64,000 nucleotides of DNA from Anaerolineae bacterium (GTDB taxonomy: Bacteria > Chloroflexota > Anaerolineae > JAAYZQ01): contig DAOTXL010000128.1 in NCBI GenBank assembly GCA_034435455.1, forward strand, positions 21,653 to 85,652. The letters are read 5' to 3'. The notes beneath the pieces were generated by a model that saw nothing but the letters and a program-made list of their open reading frames with translations, had not been told where the DNA came from and did not search any database. The translations under genes were made by a program, and so were the position numbers. Positions 17,117 to 28,172 of the stretch are shown piece by piece. Positions within the stretch are counted from its first letter, which is position 1. Every line of letters starts with the position of its first letter.

Positions 17117-18232
17117 CTATTTCGCGCCTCGTTGGAGTCGGGGCAGTTCGCCTTCGAGCCGGAGCTGCTCAAAGATCCAGCCCACGCTTTCCTGCGTATG
17201 GATGCGCCAGATGGCGTGGGCCAGGATGCGGGCTGCCGACAGGATCTTGACCTTGCCCCCCGCCGCTTCCAGGGCCGAAGCGGTAGTATCCGATAGGACC
17301 AGGGTCTTGAGCGGCGAATCTGTCACCGCCTGCAGCGCCCCTGGAGTAAAGTCGGCGTGGACGGCGGCGGCGTGCACCTCGGTGGCCCCCCGCTCCTTCA
17401 ACAGCTTGACCACCTCCAGCAGGGTCTCACCCGATTGGATCATGTCGTCAAAGATCACCGCCGGCCGCCCCTCGACATTTCCCACCATGTCTATAACGGC
17501 CGCCTTGCCCATAGGCGTGCGCCGCTTGAAGGCGATGGCCATCTCGTCGCGGGCGATATCTTCGGGCAGGTCCCGCTTGAGGATGTCGCGGAATTCGGTG
17601 GCCCGGGCCACGCCGCCGGCATCCGGCGACACGACGACCGCCTCGGCCAGGCCCAGTTTGTCGCGAAAGTGAGCGCCCATGGCCAGGGCCATGCGCATGT
17701 GGTCCACCGGGATGTCGAAAAAGCCCTCGATGGCCGGGGTGTGCAGGTCCACGGTCAACAGGCGGTCGGCGCCGGCGGTGGTGATCAGATTGGCGACCAG
17801 CTTGGCGGTGATCGGCTCGTGGCCTTTTTTCTTCTTTTCCTGTTTGGCATAGGCCATGTAGGGCACCACGGCGGTGATCCGTCCGGCGGAAGCCCGGCGC
17901 GCTGCGTCAATCATCACCAGCAGTTCCATCAGGTTGTCGTTGATCGATTGATAGGTGCACACAGTCTTGTCGGGGCCTGCCGGGGCACCATAGGCCAGGC
18001 AGGGCCGCGCCAGGGAGCTATGGTGCGACTGGCAGATCGGCTGGATGATGAACACGTCCGTTCCCCGCACCACGCAGTCGAGGTCTACTTCGACTTCGCT
18101 GTCGGGAAAGCGCCCCACTTTGGGCTTTGCGAGCGTCAGCCCCAACTCGTTGGCGATCTCGGTCGCCAGACGTGGGTTGGCGTTGCCGGCAACCAGTCTG
18201 ATCTCACCAAAGTGTCGCTTTTGATCGGTCAT
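17117..18232 (-). CDS. prs: Ribose-phosphate pyrophosphokinase.
   Basis: PRPP synthase motifs (DLHTPAIEGFF, VVSPDAGGVARA) with an insertion and a C-terminal extension. GGAGG RBS. Confidence 0.9.
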   Translation of the reverse strand: MTDQKRHFGEIRLVAGNANPRLATEIANELGLTLAKPKVGRFPDSEVEVDLDCVVRGTDVFIIQPICQSHHSSLARPCLAYGAPAGPDKTVCTYQSINDNLMELLVMIDAARRASAGRITAVVPYMAYAKQEKKKKGHEPITAKLVANLITTAGADRLLTVDLHTPAIEGFFDIPVDHMRMALAMGAHFRDKLGLAEAVVVSPDAGGVARATEFRDILKRDLPEDIARDEMAIAFKRRTPMGKAAVIDMVGNVEGRPAVIFDDMIQSGETLLEVVKLLKERGATEVHAAAVHADFTPGALQAVTDSPLKTLVLSDTTASALEAAGGKVKILSAARILAHAIWRIHTQESVGWIFEQLRLEGELPRLQRGAK

Positions 18233-18719
18233 CTTCTTCCTCCTTCCTGCTTTTTTCGGCAGCCAGAGCGACGGCCAGCTCGACCGCCTGGGCCGGCGTG
18301 TGGGCCCGAACGACCGCCTCCACCGGTTGCCCGCTTCGACTCAGCTCCCAGGTAGCCAGCCCCACCACCGGCCGGCCCATCTTGAGCGCCAGCCCGATCT
18401 CCGACAGGGTGCCGTAGCCGCCGCTCACGGCGATCACCGTATCGGCGGTACGGACGACGAGGGCGTTGCGAGCCTCGCCCAGGCCGGTGGCGATGGGCAG
18501 ATCCACGAACGGGTTAGCCTCGTGGCGGTCGGGGCCGGGCAGGATGCCCACCGTGAGGCCACCCTCCTCCTTTGCGCCCCGGCAGGCGGCCTCCATCACA
18601 CCCCCCCGCCCGCCACAGACCAGCACCGCCCCGCGCCGGGCGACCTCACACCCTACCTCGCGGGCCAGGGCCGCTATCTCTGGGTTACAACTGGCCGAAC
18701 CGATCACGGCGATAAACAT
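18204..18719 (-). CDS. LOG / TIGR00725 family (Rossmann-fold nucleotide-binding) protein.
   Basis: MFIAVIGSASC...VLVCGGRGGVMEAACRGA...VSGGYGTLSE. Confidence 0.7.
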   Translation of the reverse strand: MFIAVIGSASCNPEIAALAREVGCEVARRGAVLVCGGRGGVMEAACRGAKEEGGLTVGILPGPDRHEANPFVDLPIATGLGEARNALVVRTADTVIAVSGGYGTLSEIGLALKMGRPVVGLATWELSRSGQPVEAVVRAHTPAQAVELAVALAAEKSRKEEEDDRSKATLW

Positions 18720-18753
18720 GGTCACGCTCTGCGGGGCGGATAGCCGATCCGCT

Positions 18754-19335
18754 CTACGATAGCCTGGCCTCGAACAGGGTCGTATAGACCGCGCCGCCGG
18801 GCCGCAGGTCGCTCTTGATGTACGAAATGGCCGTGGCGGTCATCTGACCGAGGGAGCCGACGGTGTTGGCCGCCACCACCTCGCCGATCTGGCGCACCTC
18901 CGACCGGGAGGCGTACTTTTGCACCCGGCCAAGGGTCAGGTGTGGGCTGAAGGGCCGCTTTTCGGTGGGGAAGCCCAGCGGGGTGACATGGGTCTCGACC
19001 ATCTGTTGCAGGCGGGCCAGCGCCCCCGACGGTTCCTGCACGCCCACCCACACCACGCGCGGCTGGCGGGCATTCGGGAAGCAGCCCAACTCCCCCACGG
19101 TGAAGGAAAAGGGGCCCCACCCGGCGGCGGCCCGGGCCAGGGCAGCCTTGACAGCCTCCACCTTGTCCTCCGTCGTGTCGCCCAGGAACTTGAGGGTCAG
19201 GTGGATGCCGTCCGGCTGCACCCAGCGCACGCTGCGCGGCGGCACCTGATCGCGGAGGCGTTCCTGCAGGCGGCCCAGGCTCTCCTTCAATTCCCGGCTC
19301 AACTCGATGGCGATGAATGTGCGCAGGGTCCCCAT
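18754..19335 (-). CDS. thpR: RNA 2',3'-cyclic phosphodiesterase (2H phosphoesterase, LigT/ThpR).
   Basis: Two HxTx motifs (HLTLKF, HLTLGR). Confidence 0.8.
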   Translation of the reverse strand: MGTLRTFIAIELSRELKESLGRLQERLRDQVPPRSVRWVQPDGIHLTLKFLGDTTEDKVEAVKAALARAAAGWGPFSFTVGELGCFPNARQPRVVWVGVQEPSGALARLQQMVETHVTPLGFPTEKRPFSPHLTLGRVQKYASRSEVRQIGEVVAANTVGSLGQMTATAISYIKSDLRPGGAVYTTLFEARLS

Positions 19336-19338
19336 CCC

Positions 19339-20202
19339 TTATCCCTTTCTTTGTGAGTCATGGCTCCCCAGTTTCAACACCCGCCAGGCATTTCCCCCCA
19401 GCATCCGCCGCAGGGTAGCGGTCGGCATCCGGGCTGCCTCCATCCGCTGCATCAGGCGCTCTGGCGCGATCAGGGGGTAATCGGTGGCGAACAGGACCTT
19501 GCCCGGGGCCCACCGGGCAGCCAGTTCAAAGATGTCGTCCTGGTAGAGGTACGGGGAAGCGGCCGTATCGTAGTAGACGTTCTTCATAATGTGGGCGATC
19601 TCGGGCATCAGCTCGTAAAAGATCGTCCCTCCTCCCCAATGGGCGCAGATCAGCGTGGCCTGGGGGAACAGGCGAGCAAAGCGGATCACCTCATCGGGCG
19701 TGACGGTGCCCTTGCCGGGGTAGAGGTGGCCCACCGGCTCGCTACAATGGGTCAGCAGCACCAGGCCGCAGGCCATAGCCGCCTCGACGATGGGGGCCAT
19801 GACCCGTTCGTCGTCCAGGCGGTAGCCCTGGCCGTCGGGCATCAGTTCGCCGATGCCGCGCAGGCCCCCTGCCGCGCAGCGTTCGATCTCCCGCACCGCT
19901 TCAGCGCCCGCCGCCGGATTGACGATGCCAAAGCCGATGAGCCGGTCGGGGTAGCGAGAGACGGCTTCCATGACATAATCGTTGTCCTGTTGGCACAGCC
20001 TCATATCCCGCCAGCCAAAGCCAAAGGCCACGGCCTGGGTCACCCCGGCCCGGTCCATAGCGGCGATCAGCTCCTCGGCCGAGCTAAGGCGGGCCTGGGG
20101 ATTGGCGTACAGATCGCGGAACCAGGCATCGCGGATCAGGTACTCATCCCGCCGGGCGATGATCTCTGGTGCCGTGATGTGCGTGTGAAAATCAATGATC
20201 AT
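19339..20202 (-). CDS. Amidohydrolase-2 family metal-dependent hydrolase.
   Basis: MIIDFHTH...LLTHCSE...ATDYPL TIM-barrel amidohydrolase motifs. Confidence 0.7.
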   Translation of the reverse strand: MIIDFHTHITAPEIIARRDEYLIRDAWFRDLYANPQARLSSAEELIAAMDRAGVTQAVAFGFGWRDMRLCQQDNDYVMEAVSRYPDRLIGFGIVNPAAGAEAVREIERCAAGGLRGIGELMPDGQGYRLDDERVMAPIVEAAMACGLVLLTHCSEPVGHLYPGKGTVTPDEVIRFARLFPQATLICAHWGGGTIFYELMPEIAHIMKNVYYDTAASPYLYQDDIFELAARWAPGKVLFATDYPLIAPERLMQRMEAARMPTATLRRMLGGNAWRVLKLGSHDSQRKG

Positions 20203-20314
20203 CCCTCGCCTCCGGCGGGGATTATAGCACAACCGGGGAGAAATGCCAAAAGGAACAAGACCTGACAGGCCGGCCGGGCCTGTCAGGTCTTTCTGGTGCG
20301 GTTTGCCCCTGTTT

Positions 20315-20515
20315 TCAGCGTTTGTGCAGGCGAACGTAAAAGGCTGCCCCCACTATGCCCAGGAACAGGCCGGACACCGAGGCCGCGTAGGACAAAAAGT
20401 TCAGCCAGAAGGTGGACCTGACGATCTGCAAGACCATCAGCCAGGGCATGGCTGCCCCGAACAGGACCAGCACAAAGCCAAGGGCGATGATGGCCCGGGG
20501 GTCCCATCGGCTCAT
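20315..20515 (-). CDS. Small two-TM membrane protein (66 aa) translationally coupled to the upstream ABC ATPase gene.
   Basis: The ATG overlaps the oppF-like stop (ATGA). Two hydrophobic helices. Confidence 0.4.
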   Translation of the reverse strand: MSRWDPRAIIALGFVLVLFGAAMPWLMVLQIVRSTFWLNFLSYAASVSGLFLGIVGAAFYVRLHKR

Positions 20516-21540
20516 CGGTACAACCAGCAGGCCGCAAAGTGGCCGGGATCGGTTTCAAAATCGGGCGGTACTTCGGTGTCGCACAGGCCCTTGATCGTGT
20601 GAGAGCAGCGGGGATGGAAGCGACAGCCGGGCGGGGGTTTGACCAGGCTCGGCGGCTCGCCCGGCGGTACCGCTTTGAAGGTGAGCAGGTTGTGGGGGTC
20701 CGGGTCGGGGCTGGCCTCCAGCAGGGCATGGGTGTAGGGATGGCGGGGGTTGCGCAGCAGCTCATCCACCGGCGATTTTTCGACCAGATTGCCCGCGTAC
20801 ATGACAAAGATCCGTTCCGAGAAGTAGCGCACGGTGGACAGGTCGTGGGTGATATAGATGACCGCCAGGTTGTGGGAGGCTTGTAACCCCTGCAGGAGGC
20901 GCAGGATCTCCACCCGCACCGAAGCGTCGAGCATCGAGACCGGCTCATCGGCCACGATCATCCTGGGGGCCATGATCATGGCCCGGGCAATGACCACCCG
21001 TTGTTGCTGCCCTCCGCTCAGCATGTGGGGGAACTTGGCCACAAAGTCCTCCACGGGGGTCATTTTGACCTCTTCCAGGACCCTGGTCATGCGTTGGAGC
21101 CGCTCTTCCTTATCCTTGATCTTGTTGATGATCAGCGGTTCCGAGAGGATACGCTGTACGCTCATAAAAGGCGGCAGAGCGCCGTAGGGGTCCTGCTGGA
21201 CATACCCCACCTGGGAGCGGTACCACCGCAACTGCTCGTGGCTCAACGAACTGATATCTTGCCCCTCAAAGACCACTTTACCGCCGGTGGGCCGCACCAA
21301 CCCCAGGATCGTCTTCATCAGGGTGGATTTGCCACAGCCGCTTTCGCCGACCACGGCGACCGAATCCCCCTGCCGCAGGTCGAAAGACACACCGTCCACG
21401 GCCCGGACATAGCCGGCGCGGCCAAATCCCCATCGGCGTAGCTCGAACCACACATGCAGGTCCTGGATAGAGAGCAGCGGCCCGTTGGCCGGGGCCGGCG
21501 TTGCCTTTTCCTGAACAAGTTCTTTTCCTTCGCTGGACAT
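20512..21540 (-). CDS. Oligopeptide/dipeptide ABC transporter ATP-binding protein (OppF-like).
   Basis: Walker [10 protein letters not shown], signature LSGGQQQRV, and the C-terminal oligopeptide ABC domain. Confidence 0.85.
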   Translation of the reverse strand: MSSEGKELVQEKATPAPANGPLLSIQDLHVWFELRRWGFGRAGYVRAVDGVSFDLRQGDSVAVVGESGCGKSTLMKTILGLVRPTGGKVVFEGQDISSLSHEQLRWYRSQVGYVQQDPYGALPPFMSVQRILSEPLIINKIKDKEERLQRMTRVLEEVKMTPVEDFVAKFPHMLSGGQQQRVVIARAMIMAPRMIVADEPVSMLDASVRVEILRLLQGLQASHNLAVIYITHDLSTVRYFSERIFVMYAGNLVEKSPVDELLRNPRHPYTHALLEASPDPDPHNLLTFKAVPPGEPPSLVKPPPGCRFHPRCSHTIKGLCDTEVPPDFETDPGHFAACWLYR

Positions 21541-21555
21541 GGTTCACTCCTCGTT

Positions 21556-22527
<972 letters not shown>

Positions 22528-22530
22528 GGT

Positions 22531-23883
22531 CTACATTTCCCTCAAGCGTGGATTAAAGATGCGGTCCAGAGAAAAGCCCAACAGGGCAAAGGCCAATCCG
22601 GCCAGAATCAACAGGGCGGCCGGTTCCAGCACCCAGTAGTACAGCCCCTGGTACAGAGCGCCGTTGGCCTGCGCATCGTTGATGACCTTGCCCCAGGTGG
22701 GCAGCGTCGGATCGCCCAGCCCCAACACCGCCAGGCCGGCCTCCAGAAAGACATAACTGGGGATCAGGACTACCAACTGCGGGATGAGCAGCGGGATCAT
22801 GCGTGGCACCAGATACTGGAAGATGATCCGCCAGTTGCCGGCGCCATAGGCCCGCGCCGCTTCGATGTAGGGCGATTCCTTGACCTGCAAGAACACGGCC
22901 CGGTAGGTCTTGATCCCGGAACCAAAGATGCTCAAAATGATCGTTGCCCCCAAGATCACCCAGATGCTGCGGGAGTAGAAGGTGCCGATCATGATCAGGA
23001 TCGGCAGGAAGGGCAGGACCATGTTCACTTCCGTGATCCGCTGGATGAGGCTATCCACCCAGCCCCCGAACCAGGTGCCCAGGGCGGCGATCCACATCGT
23101 CGTCAGGGTTGTGCCCAGGGCGGCGATCAGGCCGAAGGCCAGGGCTACCGGTGTCCCCCACAACAGCGCCACCCTCAGATCGCGGCGCAGGTGGTCGGTG
23201 CCGGCGAGACCATAGACCCGGCCATAGAGCACAAGCTCGGCATCCAGGTCGCTGCCCTGTTCAAAGGTGAGGGTGTTGATGCGCAGTTCGTATCGTCCCT
23301 GGACGATCGCCGGCTTGTCCGCTTTGGGATCGGCCACGAACAGGCCCTGTTCTGGGGACATCCCTCCCAGGCGGCGTTGCAGCTTTGTGTCCTGAGCAAA
23401 GCGGTAGACCTGTCCCTTGCTCACCGAAAAGTCCGCCACCCGGATCTCCCGGCCGTCCGGGGTGTGCCAGGTGATCGAAGCGTGGGGCGCTTTGGCCGTA
23501 TACCGGGGCGCAAAGTAGAGGGCCAGTTCCTGCGGGAAGGCGCTGTAGGGGAACTCGAAGGTATAGGTGATGAGGATCCGGCTCGTCTCCTGTTCGCCCG
23601 GTGTCATCGTTTTGACGACGGTGCCGCCGTGGTTCTCGGCCTCTGCCGAATTCAGGATCAGGGTGTCGGGCAGCTTGGCTCTGCGGAAGAGGTTGATCCA
23701 GGCAGGAGGGGCCAGCTTGGGGGTCTTGTACCAGATATTCTCTCCGCCCCGCCACAACTGGATCGCCTGGTTGTAGGGGATGGCGACAATAGCATAGATC
23801 CCCAGGGCCACCATGGCCAGAATGATGATGATCCCGGCGATGGCCGAGGGATATCGTTTTAACTCCTTGAGTGCGTTCAACAT
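22531..23883 (-). CDS. ABC transporter permease (OppC-like) with a large extracytoplasmic insertion.
   Basis: N-terminal TM segment, an insert of about 200 aa, then the BPD-transp_1 core. Start at the internal ATG 23883. Confidence 0.8.
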   Translation of the reverse strand: MLNALKELKRYPSAIAGIIIILAMVALGIYAIVAIPYNQAIQLWRGGENIWYKTPKLAPPAWINLFRRAKLPDTLILNSAEAENHGGTVVKTMTPGEQETSRILITYTFEFPYSAFPQELALYFAPRYTAKAPHASITWHTPDGREIRVADFSVSKGQVYRFAQDTKLQRRLGGMSPEQGLFVADPKADKPAIVQGRYELRINTLTFEQGSDLDAELVLYGRVYGLAGTDHLRRDLRVALLWGTPVALAFGLIAALGTTLTTMWIAALGTWFGGWVDSLIQRITEVNMVLPFLPILIMIGTFYSRSIWVILGATIILSIFGSGIKTYRAVFLQVKESPYIEAARAYGAGNWRIIFQYLVPRMIPLLIPQLVVLIPSYVFLEAGLAVLGLGDPTLPTWGKVINDAQANGALYQGLYYWVLEPAALLILAGLAFALLGFSLDRIFNPRLREM

Positions 23884-23887
23884 CGAT

Positions 23888-25036
23888 CTATCCCCCTTTC
23901 CCTTCACTTCCCCCGCCGATCTTGACCCTGGGGTCCACCAGCGCATAAAAGAAATCCAGAAGAAAGACGGTAATGGCCAGCAAATAGGCAAAGATGACCG
24001 TGGAGCCGACGATGACCGGCGTATCGAACAGGCCCACGGCCTGATAGAGGGTGCGCCCCAGGCCGGGCCACTGGAATACCGTCTCAAAGATGGGGGCCCC
24101 GGTCCACAGCCCGATCACCGTCAGGGCAAAACTGGTGATGATCGTGGGCAACGTCGGCCGCAGGATGTAGCGGCGCTCGACATCCCGACCGGTCAGGCCC
24201 TTGGCCTTGGCCATCTCTACATAATCCTCGCTGGAGTAGATCAGGAAGAAGGTGCGCCAGGTATAAGAGCTCAGGAAGATGGTGCTGAGGGCAATGGCCA
24301 GGACCGGCAGGATCATATGTTTGGCCAGGCTAAGGATGTAGAGCGGCAGCTCCGTGGGTGGGGGGGCATCCACCATCCCACCAAAGGGCAGCAGCCGCAG
24401 CAGGGCGGCAAAGATCAGGATCAAAAAGATGCCGTAGAACCAGCCGGGGGCGGAGGAGGTAGGGGCCAGGGCCACAAAGAGCTTGTCGAGCCAGCTTCCA
24501 TACTTGCGCGACAGGGAAAGCGCAATGAGGATTTCGACAAAGAAAAGAAAGACGTTGGTTGCGCCCCACAGCAGCAGCGTGGCCGGCAGGCGTTCTAGCA
24601 GGATCAACCTGACCGTTTTCGAGCCGCTGGCGCTGGCCATCAACTGGGCCCGGCCCAGGTTCAGCGATAGCGCGTCTATGAGAAAGCCCCAACTGCGCAC
24701 CAGGAACGGCTTATCCAGGCCCAGGCGCTTTTCCTGGAGGCGGATCGCTTCGTTGATCTGCCGGGTCCTTTCCTCGGCCGGCAAGGCCCGGAAGGTCGGA
24801 TCGGCGTTCTTGGCCAGGGCCACCGACTCGCGGATTTCGCCGCGGCGGATCTGGTCTACATAGCCGCCCATATTTGCGATCAGGATGGTCAGGTATACTC
24901 CGATAACCACGGTGATAAAGAGCAGAACGAGTCGGAAGCCGGTGTAACGCGCCACACGCGAGAGGGTGCTGGTCCCCCCTTTCTTCTTGGCCGGCACGGC
25001 GCCCGGTTCTACGGTAAGGGTCGCTTCGCTCATCAT
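23888..25036 (-). CDS. ABC transporter permease (OppB-like).
   Basis: BPD-transp_1 core. GGAGG RBS before the ATG at 25036. Confidence 0.85.
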   Translation of the reverse strand: MMSEATLTVEPGAVPAKKKGGTSTLSRVARYTGFRLVLLFITVVIGVYLTILIANMGGYVDQIRRGEIRESVALAKNADPTFRALPAEERTRQINEAIRLQEKRLGLDKPFLVRSWGFLIDALSLNLGRAQLMASASGSKTVRLILLERLPATLLLWGATNVFLFFVEILIALSLSRKYGSWLDKLFVALAPTSSAPGWFYGIFLILIFAALLRLLPFGGMVDAPPPTELPLYILSLAKHMILPVLAIALSTIFLSSYTWRTFFLIYSSEDYVEMAKAKGLTGRDVERRYILRPTLPTIITSFALTVIGLWTGAPIFETVFQWPGLGRTLYQAVGLFDTPVIVGSTVIFAYLLAITVFLLDFFYALVDPRVKIGGGSEGKGG

Positions 25037-25221
25037 ATTCCTCCGTCGTAGCTGTTCAATTCCCCCTCGATCTCGGCCGAGTGGGCCGATAAACATGGGG
25101 AAAATTTCTGGGCTTCTCGGCGGGTGGCTTGTCCAGATAACAGGTGGCCCGATGGGGACCGGTTTGTTCCCATCCCCATCGGGCCCCGCGTCTTACACCC
25201 TATGTCCCGTAACAGCCTGGG

Positions 25222-27831
25222 TTACGGGGCGGTGACGAACTCAAAGACTGCGAAGGTCGGGATGCTCACCACGTTCGAGACGATCGCCACTTCCAGCTTG
25301 TTCGAGCCGGCTTCCAGCTTGCCGGTCACGTCGGCGGGGATGACCACCTGCCACTTGCCCTCTTCGACGGCGGTGGCCATGCCGGTTGCGACCAGCGCGC
25401 CCTTGGCGTCAAACAGCAGGTACTTGACCTCTTTCAGGTTGTCGGTGGGGTACGGCTCATCCTGGAAGGTGATATACACATCAAACGCGGCCTCTTCCCC
25501 GATCTTCACCTGGCCGGGACCATCGATCTCGGCGGTGGCCAGCATCGGTGTACCAAAGCGGTTCCACTTGTCGGCGGTGTCCGCAAAGTCGGGGTTGCGC
25601 AGCAGCGACAGCGTCTGCTCGACAGGGAAGGCCTTGTTCAGGTAGTAGGGGCCGGTTCCGACCCAGAAGTGACCCTGTAGGCTGTACCAGCTCTTCAGGT
25701 TAGCCCAGCGGGCCGCCGCTTCGTCGGCGGTGACGTAGGCTTCCAGGGTCGGCGTAAAGTACAGCGACGGGCTGGCCACTTTGGCGTCCAGGTGCTTCTT
25801 CAGGACCTCCAGGCTGGGGCCGGCGATGTAGCTCATCCACTCGATCTGGTTGGCATCCGCCTTGTCGGCCGAGAAGGCCAGCTCACCCGCCCCATCGGCC
25901 AACGCTCCCAGGGCGATGGTGTGCCACGGCGCCTGACCGTAATCGTAGCTCGGCCACCAGGTCGCCACCATCAATTCGGCATCCAGGTAGAAGGTGTCGT
26001 CGTAGGTCTCGATCGTCAGCGGGTCGGTGGACAGGATCTTGACGCCCTTGAAGTGCGCCAGGAACGCTTCCAGGGTGGAGGCGGCCGCTTCGTCGTACAG
26101 GGCGCTCTCCGGTTTGCCCCGGTCGAACTGCATGATCATGTACATCACAAAGTCGCCGACCGACAGCGGGCTCCCGTCGTGCCACTTGACCGTCTGGAAC
26201 AGGTCCTTGGGATAGGTGACCACGACCTTGGTGTTGGCCGTCTGGGTCTGGGTGAACTTTTCGGCAGCGGTGATGAACTTCTGGTTCGTCGCGTCCCAGT
26301 CCACCCAGGCGTCGCCCGGCACCTCGATGCTCGGCACGAACTCCAGCGTCAGCCAGTCCAGCGTCTTGGCCACAGGCAGCCCTTCCTTGACATAGACCTG
26401 GGCCGACTCGATCCGCTGCGGCCAGACCAGGCCGGTGTACGGGTCCGGGATTACCCCCACGTCGCCCGTGGCCCGGATCGGCATCATGTCATAGATCCAG
26501 TTGCTGCCGGCCACCGGGTTCCAGGGGTCGACCAGGATGCCCGGCTGGGCGATGCGGATGGTGCCACCTTCCTGGCCTTTCCAGCGGATGGTGTACGGAT
26601 ACAGGCGGGAGCCGGAGATGCCACCCGCCAGGTCATAGGCGACCTCGATGTTGGCGTTCATCGGGCTGAAGCTCAACTGGTCCACGAGCCAGGCGCGCAC
26701 CGAATCCTGGAGCGAGAGGCGCATGGCCTTCTTGAACAGCTCGGCCCGCTCCTCCAGCGTGGTAAATTCGTTGTTGCGCAGTTTCAGGCCCACCTCGTCA
26801 TACTCGGGCGCCGGGGTATAGGCCTGGTGCAGCGGGATGGGGTAGTCGTAAGGCATGTAGAAGAAGGCAAAGTTGCTGCCATCGTCGCGGCTGATGGCGG
26901 TGGTGATCCAGCCGCCGGTGTAGATGTTCCACAGGCCGTCGGCCGGGTTGCTCTGCACCCAGATGGGCGAGGCCTCGGAGCGGGTCTTGTACTGGCGGTC
27001 TACGGTAAAGCCGACCGTTTCGAGCTGATTGGCCACATAGTCGCCGATCTGCCGGCGCTCATCCTCGGTGCGGATGACCATGACGATGGTCACCGGCTGG
27101 CCGTTGTACTGCCACTTGCCGTCCGCCCCCAGCGTCGCGCCATGGGACTCCATCTGGGCAGTGATGACCTCTTTCGCCTTCTCCGGGTTGTAGGCGTAGT
27201 AGGCTTCCAGCTCGCGGGCCGTGTCCACATAGCGGGCATAGTCGGCAAAGGCGGAGTTCAGGCAGAACAGCTTGGTCTTCCCCAGGCCGCTGTAGATCTC
27301 CTGGACGATGTGGCTGCGGTCAACCAGCCAGTTCATGGCTTCACGGATCTTGGGATCGCCAAAGGGGTTCAGCCGTCCGTCGGTAAAGTTCAAGACGGGG
27401 TTGAAGGTCAGTTCGGTGTAGGAGCCGTAGGAGTTGATATAGCTCAATTTCGGGTCGGACTTGACGGTCTCAAACACCGCCGCGTCGGCTACGCCATAGG
27501 CATAGACGTCAAGCTGACCGGCCTGGATCTGCTTGACCGCGGCTTCGGCGGAATCAATGGAGGTAAAGACGATCATGTCGGCCCAGCCACCCTTGCGCGT
27601 CACCGGGACGGGGGTGGGGGTCACCTCGACGATCTGCGTCGCGACGATGGTCTTTTCGACCTCAACGGTCTGGACGACCGTCTTTTCTTCGCCGGGCACG
27701 ACCTTGGTCTGCTCCACGACAACGGTCTGAACGATGGTGCTGGGTTCAGGCGTGGGCCCGCAGGCAGCCAACACAAGCGGGGCGATCATCACCAGGACCG
27801 CGAGGATCGCCAATTTCTTGTTCGAAAACAT
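25222..27831 (-). CDS. ABC transporter substrate-binding lipoprotein, family 5 (OppA-like), 869 aa with a C-terminal extension of about 250 aa.
   Basis: MFSNKKLAILAVLVMIAPLVLAAC signal peptide with lipobox, then a Val/Thr/Glu-rich linker and a family-5 SBP core. GGAGG RBS. Confidence 0.85.
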   Translation of the reverse strand: MFSNKKLAILAVLVMIAPLVLAACGPTPEPSTIVQTVVVEQTKVVPGEEKTVVQTVEVEKTIVATQIVEVTPTPVPVTRKGGWADMIVFTSIDSAEAAVKQIQAGQLDVYAYGVADAAVFETVKSDPKLSYINSYGSYTELTFNPVLNFTDGRLNPFGDPKIREAMNWLVDRSHIVQEIYSGLGKTKLFCLNSAFADYARYVDTARELEAYYAYNPEKAKEVITAQMESHGATLGADGKWQYNGQPVTIVMVIRTEDERRQIGDYVANQLETVGFTVDRQYKTRSEASPIWVQSNPADGLWNIYTGGWITTAISRDDGSNFAFFYMPYDYPIPLHQAYTPAPEYDEVGLKLRNNEFTTLEERAELFKKAMRLSLQDSVRAWLVDQLSFSPMNANIEVAYDLAGGISGSRLYPYTIRWKGQEGGTIRIAQPGILVDPWNPVAGSNWIYDMMPIRATGDVGVIPDPYTGLVWPQRIESAQVYVKEGLPVAKTLDWLTLEFVPSIEVPGDAWVDWDATNQKFITAAEKFTQTQTANTKVVVTYPKDLFQTVKWHDGSPLSVGDFVMYMIMQFDRGKPESALYDEAAASTLEAFLAHFKGVKILSTDPLTIETYDDTFYLDAELMVATWWPSYDYGQAPWHTIALGALADGAGELAFSADKADANQIEWMSYIAGPSLEVLKKHLDAKVASPSLYFTPTLEAYVTADEAAARWANLKSWYSLQGHFWVGTGPYYLNKAFPVEQTLSLLRNPDFADTADKWNRFGTPMLATAEIDGPGQVKIGEEAAFDVYITFQDEPYPTDNLKEVKYLLFDAKGALVATGMATAVEEGKWQVVIPADVTGKLEAGSNKLEVAIVSNVVSIPTFAVFEFVTAP

Positions 27832-27845
27832 TGTCTCCTCCTTCT

Positions 27846-27960
27846 TTTTCTTTGGGTTGGATTTTGCGTTTTTCAGGCGCGGGGATCCTGTTCTCAAAAT
27901 GGTCCCGCCTCATCACCTCCCCCTTTATGTTCCCCTCACAGGCCCTATGGCCGCCTGCTT
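27846..27960 (-). promoter_or_regulatory. Conserved 5' leader of the SBP gene. It is paralogous to the leader at 36487-36600.
   Basis: About 70% identity to the leader of the second family-5 SBP gene. Includes GGAGGTGA..GCGGG..CAGGATYCCCGCGCCTG blocks. Confidence 0.4.
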
Positions 27961-28172
27961 CGGGTCTTGTTCCCGGTAGACGAAGCATCTTTATCATACC
28001 ATATTCTGAGGACAAAGTCAAGAGCGGCGTGGCATTTTGTAACTGCCCTGCCGCTTTCCAGATGTTGCCTTCTTGGTCAAACGGTGTTATACTTTTGTTC
28101 TGGGTAGCTGCTCAGGTGGGCGACTTGGAAAGTGCCAGACACCTGAGAGGTCCCTGGCACTTGTACTATCCG

